DNA of 43,347 bases, from NCBI GenBank assembly GCA_903840375.1, contig CAIMFR010000072.1:1-43347 (forward strand). The letters run 5' to 3'. This document shows positions 36,850 through 43,347 of this stretch, piece after piece. Positions within the stretch are counted from its first letter, which is position 1; every line of letters begins with the position of its first letter. Source of the DNA: Candidatus Adlerbacteria bacterium (GTDB lineage Bacteria; Patescibacteriota; Minisyncoccia; Phycocordibacterales; SBAW01). The notes beneath the pieces are model-generated. The model worked only from the letters and a program-made list of their open reading frames with translations, did not search any database and had not been told where the DNA came from. Position numbers and translations under genes: made by a program.

Positions 36850-37707
36850 TTATAGATATTTTTCAGTAAAATAGTTCGTCCACTCAGGAATTCTGTCGTA
36901 CTGGTGGACGATGGCAAAGGGTTTACCGTCTGCATTACGCACGGTAGAACCGTCGAATGTGGGCCGTGATTCCAACAGGTATGGCTCGTAGGTATCGCAC
37001 ATATCTGGCTGCGATGTGACCTGTGCATTAAGTACCCAGGCATCGGCCAATGTCTGGTGCAACGTGACCGACCACCACGGCTCGATCGACATCAAGATAA
37101 TATAGGCCGCCTGATCTGCGCCGAAATAGGGAACTCGCACACACATCTCGAAGACCATAAGACACATATCACGCACGTAGTCCGCATATCCGGCTATCAC
37201 ACCGCCGCATTGCACCTCCTTATGTTTAACGATGTTGTAAAAATAATCGCCGAAATTTTTGCGTACTTCATTCGCATTCCACTCTTCATGCTCGACAAGG
37301 ATACGCTCGCCTGCCGCAACCAATTTTTTACCTGACGGAATAAGATTCTTTTCCAACCATGGAATCGGGTTTTGTTGGAACACCAGATCGCTCACGTCAG
37401 CGAACACGACGAACCGGTATTTCCCTTCCTGCTTTTGCAAAAAATCGAACACATGCAGAAAACGCTCGATCACCTTCGGCGAGTTCGGCCCGGTGCGCAT
37501 AGGAACGACCATGACGCCCTCGCCGCGTATCTGTTCCAGCAGAGCTGTTTCGGCATCAAGCGCTATCAGACAAATGTCGCCGGTGAATCCCGTCTGCTTG
37601 ATAGACCGTATCCACGGTTTGAGCACCGGCAGGTCGTAGCCGAAAAACACACCTATCACAAGATCTTTTTTATCAGAAGGTGAGTGTGGTGGCATGGATG
37701 TTAGCAT
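36850..37707 (-). CDS. Hypothetical protein, possibly a GT-A nucleotide-diphospho-sugar transferase
   Basis: The start is uncertain (ATG 37707 preferred; ATG 37695 and GTG 37734 are possible). YRFVVFADVSDLVFQQNP is a DxD-like block after a Rossmann-like N-terminus, and there is a later GADQAAYI block. The family assignment is tentative. Confidence 0.4.
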   Translation of the reverse strand: MLTSMPPHSPSDKKDLVIGVFFGYDLPVLKPWIRSIKQTGFTGDICLIALDAETALLEQIRGEGVMVVPMRTGPNSPKVIERFLHVFDFLQKQEGKYRFVVFADVSDLVFQQNPIPWLEKNLIPSGKKLVAAGERILVEHEEWNANEVRKNFGDYFYNIVKHKEVQCGGVIAGYADYVRDMCLMVFEMCVRVPYFGADQAAYIILMSIEPWWSVTLHQTLADAWVLNAQVTSQPDMCDTYEPYLLESRPTFDGSTVRNADGKPFAIVHQYDRIPEWTNYFTEKYL

Positions 37708-37720
37708 ATATAGTAGTGTC

Positions 37721-39016
37721 TCACCGGCGAACACACCAGCGCTCGCCTGCCGACAAACCGTCTTTGATCGAGTCGGCTATGCCTTGGAACTTCCAGCGGG
37801 CATACCTGCCGACCGGATAAATATTTTTCGCTTCCAAAGCCGCGATCGCCTTTTCTCGCCAATGCGAGTCGGGGTAAGACCACGTGTAAGCAACATCTAT
37901 CCAGGTAGCATCCACAACTTCCGTCTCCTTTATCCAGCCCCATTGTGTTAATTCTTCAACAACGGAACACGAAATTTTCTCGATCTCTTCCGCGTCAGGA
38001 CAAGCACCTCCGACATATGCCTTTTCTACATAGATACCAACCCTGTCACCTCGTGATGAAAGCGGTAAAAATGAGGCGTCTACATTGCTATAGAATCCTA
38101 CGCGATGAAAACCGGCGCGCGAATGCGGAATATATACCCAATGTTCTTTCGGACAAAATTCGCCGGAGACAGCTCCAATATTTATCACCAGAACAGAAGT
38201 GTGCGGGTCAGGCCGCTCATCAACATTCACCTGTGCGATCCGCAAAGTCTCGTGCAGCGGCAGCGTAGAAATGATATTGTCGTATCGGATGCTTGAGTTG
38301 CTTGAGTCGGAAAAAATAACCTCATGTTTCTTTGTGTCGATCGACTCAACTCGCTTACCGTATCGCACATCACATGCATCGGCCAACTCTCGGACAAGCG
38401 CGTCTAATCCGCGTTCGGGATATAAAAAGCTTGTGTTATATCCGACATTTGCCTTTTGTGAAGAATTACGCGGCGTCTTATATGAGTCCTGCGGCGCGAT
38501 CTTTGTGTAAAGTCCCGCAGTATACAGGTCATGGAACGGGTGGAAAAATGTCTCACAAAGAGTCTTGCCGAAACTTTCTTCAAGCCACTCCGACATTGTG
38601 CCAACTTCCCTTTTGTCACTTTCTTTTTTTAACATTTCTTCAGCGACAGACGCGCGTTCCATGTCCGATAAATGAGAAACATGATTTTGCAGCGGATATG
38701 GCACGAGCAGTTTTCTTTCGTGGAAAAATATCCCGGATCTTCGTCCATGCGAGTTGCACGCTGCCAATCGCTGAATCAATTCTTGAATTGAAGAATCGCC
38801 GCCGAATATCCAATGACCTCCGCCGATCTCAAAACGGTACGCTTCATGATCTTCGGGTGTGTGCGTGAGTCGCTCCTTCGCACCACGCCGCATGTAGTAT
38901 GAAGAACAAATGCCTCCGGCATCTTTTCTAGCTTCATAGACGGGAGCGCCGGAAGCATACCCGGCGGAAAGACCGGTTATGCCTGCACCAAGGATCACTG
39001 TCTCGCTTTTTTGCAT
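37721..39016 (-). CDS. FAD-dependent oxidoreductase, UDP-galactopyranose-mutase / amine-oxidase-like
   Basis: The start is ATG 39016 (MQKSETVILGAGITGLSAGY is the GxGxxG dinucleotide fold). Later blocks (GGGHWIF, FFHPFHDLYT, FLYPERGLDAL, C-terminal VGRYARWKFQGIADSIKDG) resemble UGM-like flavoenzymes. Confidence 0.6.
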   Translation of the reverse strand: MQKSETVILGAGITGLSAGYASGAPVYEARKDAGGICSSYYMRRGAKERLTHTPEDHEAYRFEIGGGHWIFGGDSSIQELIQRLAACNSHGRRSGIFFHERKLLVPYPLQNHVSHLSDMERASVAEEMLKKESDKREVGTMSEWLEESFGKTLCETFFHPFHDLYTAGLYTKIAPQDSYKTPRNSSQKANVGYNTSFLYPERGLDALVRELADACDVRYGKRVESIDTKKHEVIFSDSSNSSIRYDNIISTLPLHETLRIAQVNVDERPDPHTSVLVINIGAVSGEFCPKEHWVYIPHSRAGFHRVGFYSNVDASFLPLSSRGDRVGIYVEKAYVGGACPDAEEIEKISCSVVEELTQWGWIKETEVVDATWIDVAYTWSYPDSHWREKAIAALEAKNIYPVGRYARWKFQGIADSIKDGLSAGERWCVRR

Positions 39017-39021
39017 AATTA

Positions 39022-40200
39022 TTATTTTTTGTCCGAGACAGCAGGGAAGAATATCGGCACATTTCTTCCGTTCAACAAACGTTGTGCATCTACATTTACC
39101 ACGCCATTTTCCAAAAATGCAGTCCAATGTTTCCTCAATACTTGGTGATGCGTTATGAAAGAAGAACTACCCGCATCACCTTCTTTCCATTCCCTATTCG
39201 GGTTTTTAAATTCTCTTGCCAACTTCCCGTATCTACTTGTATACGGCGCATCGTGTGCGTTCGGCATTAAACTCAGGACCACCTCACGGCCGTTGTTTAT
39301 AGTAAATTTCGAATAATAATATGTCTCAAACAATTCTAGGAACAGATCTTTGTCTATCGACACTTCATCACCACGTATAAAACAAACAAGATCTCTCCCA
39401 CTTTTTAAGACATACTGCAGCGCATCGGATATCGTGTTTACCAAAGTTACTTTGCAGCGACCAAGCCATGACATCTCACCGGTATCGCATTTAGTATCGC
39501 CAACAACGACAACGTTAAATACAATGTCCGACCGGTGCGACAAAACAAAAGATATGGCTTGAGAAACCGCATGCATCTGCGACCCGGACGTCCACACAAT
39601 ATCAAACTGATACATATTACTCACATCATTTGCCCCGAACACATATGGCCAGAGACGCTCCATCACATAGCCTTCGAGCGGATTGACCGAATAATTAACT
39701 TTCGTTATGAGTTCCTGATACTGAGACTTCGGACGCCTCAGTATCATCTCGCGCGGTACTATGTATTGCGCGCCGGTCGAATAACTCAAAGACTCCATGT
39801 CGCGAAGGCCGATCAAACTCCCCAAACTAAGCAGGTATTCTTTGAATCCGGGCCAGTTATATTCCGCATCCAGCGTTTCCCTTTTCCAACATTCGGAAAG
39901 CGGAACGACAACATTGGAGTCAGCGTGATCGGACAAAATAGTGAACAGGTCATAACAATGGTCTATCGGATACCCCTGCAAAAGTACAAGATAATCCGGC
40001 AACGAATCATAATTTTCTATAATGTGATGCAAGTATGTCTCGGATTCTCTCCCGAAATTTGGCCTGCGTATGACCGGAAGATCCATCTCAAGACCCGTCG
40101 CACTTGCGCCTTTGTTGTACACAACAACGGGCATCTTTATATTGCGTACCCAATTGATATCCTCTTCGAATCTCGAGATTACAACTTGATATGTGGACAT
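39022..40200 (-). CDS. Two-domain hypothetical protein; the N-terminal half is DUF3431-like
   Basis: 392 aa. VVISRFEEDINWV, NFGRESETYLHHIIENYDSLPDY and ERLWPYVFG resemble the DUF3431 pattern (N-x-G-R-E-x-x-x-Y-L...NYD.L, ..LW..IFG). I do not recognise the C-terminal ~190 aa. Confidence 0.4.
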   Translation of the reverse strand: MSTYQVVISRFEEDINWVRNIKMPVVVYNKGASATGLEMDLPVIRRPNFGRESETYLHHIIENYDSLPDYLVLLQGYPIDHCYDLFTILSDHADSNVVVPLSECWKRETLDAEYNWPGFKEYLLSLGSLIGLRDMESLSYSTGAQYIVPREMILRRPKSQYQELITKVNYSVNPLEGYVMERLWPYVFGANDVSNMYQFDIVWTSGSQMHAVSQAISFVLSHRSDIVFNVVVVGDTKCDTGEMSWLGRCKVTLVNTISDALQYVLKSGRDLVCFIRGDEVSIDKDLFLELFETYYYSKFTINNGREVVLSLMPNAHDAPYTSRYGKLAREFKNPNREWKEGDAGSSSFITHHQVLRKHWTAFLENGVVNVDAQRLLNGRNVPIFFPAVSDKK

Positions 40201-40203
40201 AAA

Positions 40204-40977
40204 TTATTTATACATCTTCCACAATGGCTTCCAATCTTCATAGACTGGCGGCGTATCTTCCATGTGGAATGCAAGTGCAGGTATCGGAGTGAACAAAGTC
40301 ACGCCACGCTTCCATATTTGATTGATCGTAGACGCCTCCGTCACTGACGGATCGATTCCATAACGGCTCAAGGCGTCAAATGTGCTTCTAAATGTTGCAA
40401 GCGTCTTTGGCGTTATGAGCACCGTTGCGGTTGTCTTCGTGTGAGTTCTCCATGGGCGCCCCTGTCCTGGCACAATGCGACATACATCGGCGCCTTCATA
40501 GTAGTTCCACGGGCTGTCGTATGGCGCGATAGCTACTTCAGCGCTGCCAAGTTTAGCTGAAAAAAATCGATACGCGGCAAGCATTTCCGGCAATGCTCCC
40601 GGATAGTGCAGATAATCATCTTCTACAAAATAGATCAGATTTTTATACTGATCGGCCATGCGATACGATTCCGCAAGTGATGCAGGATTACCAGTTTCTC
40701 GCAGTGGCACGATCTCAGCCGGATGAAATGAACGTGCAATGCTGTCGCGAATAAGCGCCAGAGTCTCAGCCGATGAATGATCATCGAGAATGCGGAGTAC
40801 AAGCGACTCGGGACACAGGTTCATACTCGCTATCAACGAACGGAGACAGCGCGCGATCAATTCCCTCTTTGGCACTTTTATAAACCGCTCGCGGTTGTGT
40901 ACGGAGGAGTGGTCGCAAGTACGGAGGATTATATTGAGAGCGGGCGGCACCACCTGTTCTGAACTCGCTTTATCCAT
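40204..40977 (-). CDS. GT-A fold (family-2-like) glycosyltransferase, paralog module
   Basis: 257 aa with the blocks ILRTCDHSS, ILDDHSS, KNLIYFVEDDYLHYP, CRIVPGQGRPWRT and LFTPIPALAFHMEDTPPVYEDW. By eye, over half the residues are identical to residues 266-512 of the 830-aa protein. Confidence 0.65.
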   Translation of the reverse strand: MDKASSEQVVPPALNIILRTCDHSSVHNRERFIKVPKRELIARCLRSLIASMNLCPESLVLRILDDHSSAETLALIRDSIARSFHPAEIVPLRETGNPASLAESYRMADQYKNLIYFVEDDYLHYPGALPEMLAAYRFFSAKLGSAEVAIAPYDSPWNYYEGADVCRIVPGQGRPWRTHTKTTATVLITPKTLATFRSTFDALSRYGIDPSVTEASTINQIWKRGVTLFTPIPALAFHMEDTPPVYEDWKPLWKMYK

Positions 40978-40992
40978 GTATATGTTCGTATT

Positions 40993-42255
40993 TTATTTTT
41001 TAGCTGAAAGGAATGTTTGCACGTGCTCCGCAGCGAGGTCTATCGCTTCATTCCACCTGCCTATCTTCGCCTGCTTCGTAACCAACACCGAATCGTACCA
41101 ATTGCTCCTCGGAAGTATCGTCTCATCCGCCCACGGATAATAGGAAAGTATCGGGGTTATTACGATCGTATTCACCCCCATTGCCGCCGCCGCATGCACA
41201 ATAGACGTGCACGATGACACAACGACATCCATCTGCGAGAGTGCCGCGCAAGTATCTTCCCAAGTAACCAACTGTGAAGAGAGATCCCTGATATACGGAG
41301 GACAAAACTCAGTCCCCTCGTCACGCTGGAATGAGAACAGATCCCCCATGCCGCGAAGCGCGTTGAACAATAATTCCGGCGGAAACTTGCGACGTTGTTC
41401 ATCTTCAAATTTTGGATTGCCGCGCCAACGAATACCGATGCGGGGTTTTGTTTTCTTGCCCAAACGCTCAGCCCACTCGGCAGCCTTGTATGGAATAGGT
41501 TTAAGATATGGCCTGCCGTCAAGTTTTTCCATATGCAACAAAGCTGGCACCGCCATACCGGGAACCCACACATCGTGAGGAACAATATTGGAAGTTGCAC
41601 CTACAACACCCTCGGCCTGACTAAGCGTAGCAACAAGCGACTGGTTTGTGCGGATGGTAACTATGGCTCCGAGCGCGGCCAGATCTCGCGCATGTCGCGC
41701 TTCTATTATATGGTCGCCGAGACCTCGCTCAAGATTGAGGAGCACGGATTTCCCTTTGAGATCAGAAACACCGTCCCACCGCCGAGTCGTTAAGTGGAAA
41801 TCATTGTCGCCCCACACACCTATCGACCGCCCATGTTCCAGCAAAGGAAAGGCATCTTTTATATTGCCGCGACGCAAGGCGTGCCAACCAAGGTTATAAA
41901 ATTTCTCCGGACTGTCTTCTAGCTTTCGTATGACAGCCTCCGCCTCGCTGAACTTACCCTGCCAAACAAGTGCCAGAACCATGACTTGCATGTCAGAGGT
42001 GTCTCCAAGAGCACGAGAGTCGCTCACACGAGCACGATTCAACAATTCTTCCGCACGTTCAGGATCGCCGCCGTATATATGACAGCGTGCTGCATTAAGA
42101 AACGAACCGAACGTACCGTCGGTCAATCCGATGACGGCTTCCGCAACATGTGCGGCTTCCGCAAAGCGTTTACAGTCAAAAAGCTCTTTTGCGAGGACAT
42201 CTGTACGCTCTATGAATCGCATCACGAACTGTGCTTGTGCTTCTTCCGTATTCAT
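40993..42255 (-). CDS. TPR-repeat protein with a C-terminal GT9-like (heptosyltransferase-fold) glycosyltransferase domain
   Basis: The start is ATG 42255; the track start at 42261 is TTG. The N-terminal ~150 aa has TPR-like helices. The C-terminal blocks PRIGIRWRGNP, LFSFQRD and DVVVSSCTSIVHAAAAMGVNTIVI follow the GT9 pattern. Confidence 0.55.
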   Translation of the reverse strand: MNTEEAQAQFVMRFIERTDVLAKELFDCKRFAEAAHVAEAVIGLTDGTFGSFLNAARCHIYGGDPERAEELLNRARVSDSRALGDTSDMQVMVLALVWQGKFSEAEAVIRKLEDSPEKFYNLGWHALRRGNIKDAFPLLEHGRSIGVWGDNDFHLTTRRWDGVSDLKGKSVLLNLERGLGDHIIEARHARDLAALGAIVTIRTNQSLVATLSQAEGVVGATSNIVPHDVWVPGMAVPALLHMEKLDGRPYLKPIPYKAAEWAERLGKKTKPRIGIRWRGNPKFEDEQRRKFPPELLFNALRGMGDLFSFQRDEGTEFCPPYIRDLSSQLVTWEDTCAALSQMDVVVSSCTSIVHAAAAMGVNTIVITPILSYYPWADETILPRSNWYDSVLVTKQAKIGRWNEAIDLAAEHVQTFLSAKK

Positions 42256-42281
42256 CACCAAGCATTGTACCTAAATAATAT

Positions 42282-42629
42282 TTATTTATCTATGATGAGG
42301 ATCGGCTCGCCGCTTTGCCGATCAAAAAATGATAAAGATTGACCGGTTTCCTTCACGATAAAATTTTCGAACATCTTTTCACTTAATACAGTATCACCTG
42401 TAAACATGTCCATAACAGAACTCAGTACTTTTGTCGCAACAAGCGCACCTCCGCCCAATATACAAGCAGTAAGAACCCTCCGACGATTTCTGTTAACGCC
42501 ATTTTCGATCGTCGCACCGAAAAACTTGTCTGACAGTACATCCAAAACTATAAGAGTCTTGCGATGGACATCGCGGATCTTCTTATTACTCTTTATTTTA
42601 TTGCTTATGTCAGGAACAAGATTCTTCAT
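42282..42629 (-). CDS. Small hypothetical protein with an internal twin-arginine-like motif and a hydrophobic segment
   Basis: 115 aa. NRNRRRVLTACILGGGALVATKVLS (RR at about 42471-42491) resembles a Tat signal but begins near residue 46. The gene lies 7 nt downstream of tatA. Confidence 0.45.
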   Translation of the reverse strand: MKNLVPDISNKIKSNKKIRDVHRKTLIVLDVLSDKFFGATIENGVNRNRRRVLTACILGGGALVATKVLSSVMDMFTGDTVLSEKMFENFIVKETGQSLSFFDRQSGEPILIIDK

Positions 42630-42636
42630 GTCTTTA

Positions 42637-42849
42637 TTATTTCTTCTTCGACTCGACCGCCGCGCGCACGCCTTTCACTTCCTCTTCAACCTTGCGTATT
42701 TCATCCTCGATCTCCAGTTTTCCCTTCTTGAACTCGCCGCTGAACCTGCCGAGCGTGCGCGCAAAATCACTCACCTTTTCACTTCCAAACATAAACACAC
42801 CGAACACTACCAATATTATTAAAACCTCCGGTATTCCAAGTCCAAACAT
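42637..42849 (-). CDS. tatA: Twin-arginine translocase TatA/E-family protein
   Basis: 70 aa. MFGLGIPEVLIILVVFGVFMFGSEKVSDFARTLGRFSGEFKKG has the canonical TatA TM plus amphipathic helix (the G-x-P-E and FG hinge). Confidence 0.85.
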   Translation of the reverse strand: MFGLGIPEVLIILVVFGVFMFGSEKVSDFARTLGRFSGEFKKGKLEIEDEIRKVEEEVKGVRAAVESKKK

Positions 42850-42959
42850 ATAATTATCATATCGTTACAATTAATAAAATCAGAAATTTGTTCTATTCCT
42901 GTACGAAGTAATTATCTCGTCCGCAACGTGCAAAGTCAACGATCCACACCTGCATTACC

Positions 42960-43347
42960 TCATATCTGGTCGATTCTTAAGACCTCAGCACCGTTCTTGT
43001 CATAAACGCTGATAGCCGGACCAATCGATGGAGCTGTAGTAGATGAAATGGAGAATCCGTCACCGATGTACATAACAGATGTTGAGCCAAGATACATGTT
43101 GTTTTCGACTTCCAGGTTGCCGGTGCCGGGTAGAGTTATTAGCGGACACGCTCCTCCGGAACATACGAAGAAGTTGTTGTTGTTGAGATATATGTTCCCG
43201 CTTTGGGAATTTATGGTGAGGTCTCCTATAGCATCTACCTGCATTGAAGCGTACCGAGTGGTATCGTATGCAATAACAACCTGATTTTGCGTCGTTGAAA
43301 CTGCTTGCTGTACCGAAAGAACGGTACCGGGGGTCGATGTTCCTATG
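42960..43347 (-). CDS. 3' end of a larger secreted/surface protein gene (C-terminal fragment)
   Basis: The frame is open from the window edge (43347) to the stop at 42960-42962. The product is Gly/Asn/Ser/Thr-rich and looks beta-rich (...NQVVIAYDTTRYASMQVDAIGDLTINSQSGNIYLNNNNFF...). The internal ATG at 43244 is probably not the real start. Confidence 0.45.
   Translation of the reverse strand, partial: IGTSTPGTVLSVQQAVSTTQNQVVIAYDTTRYASMQVDAIGDLTINSQSGNIYLNNNNFFVCSGGACPLITLPGTGNLEVENNMYLGSTSVMYIGDGFSISSTTAPSIGPAISVYDKNGAEVLRIDQI

Noticed and set aside
39535-40347. 270-aa plus-strand ORF opposite the DUF3431-like and GT-A genes
   Set aside because: It spans a gene boundary on the other strand. 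Its composition is biased (Arg/Ile/His-rich). It has no SD and no motif, and it is inconsistent with the tight co-directional operon.
30345-42261. The glycan island as a mobile element or prophage remnant
   Set aside because: There are no recombinase genes, terminal inverted or direct repeats, or flanking tRNA. By eye, base composition and codon style match the neighbouring housekeeping genes. It is treated as a chromosomal accessory operon, and horizontal origin cannot be judged without computation.

Overview
This is a very gene-dense window: about 47 CDS and one tRNA, with intergenic gaps mostly under 50 nt, several ATGA start/stop overlaps, and the standard genetic code. Its features resemble a reduced Patescibacteria/CPR-like genome (inference from the split transketolase, short EF-Ts, truncated PheS and compact layout). 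Housekeeping genes (gyrB, pheT, pheS, tsf, rpsB, prfA, rpmE, rplY, tRNA-Thr, fba, gap-rpiB-rpe-tkt, kup, tatA) are interleaved with three accessory blocks. (1) 30345-42255 is a co-directional string of glycosyltransferases. It includes a three-domain fusion and paralogous GT-A modules, a UGM-like flavoenzyme and a TPR-GT9 protein. It ends in a translationally coupled sulfotransferase, an Ig-like surface protein with a long Ser/Thr/Pro tail, and a Wzy_C-like/TPR membrane protein. (2) A bifunctional ATP sulfurylase/APS kinase (PAPS synthase, 6824-8443) is wedged in opposite orientation between pheS and pheT. No sulfate-reduction genes are visible. Together with (1), this suggests a dedicated sulfated glycan or glycoprotein pathway, which is my lead candidate for a novel system. 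(3) 9852-14641 is a Ter-type module: DUF475/TerC-like, TelA-like, TerD, a second TelA-like protein and a TerF-type vWA protein. Other points are a perfect 32-bp palindrome upstream of a Cys/His-rich lipoprotein gene, recurrent TATACT boxes 6-12 nt from start codons that imply leaderless mRNAs, and a processive GT2 synthase with a CxxC partner. There is also a tatA gene followed by a tiny ORF with a twin-arginine-like motif. I saw no CRISPR array, transposase, integrase or rRNA. All product calls come from motif recognition by eye, not from database searches.
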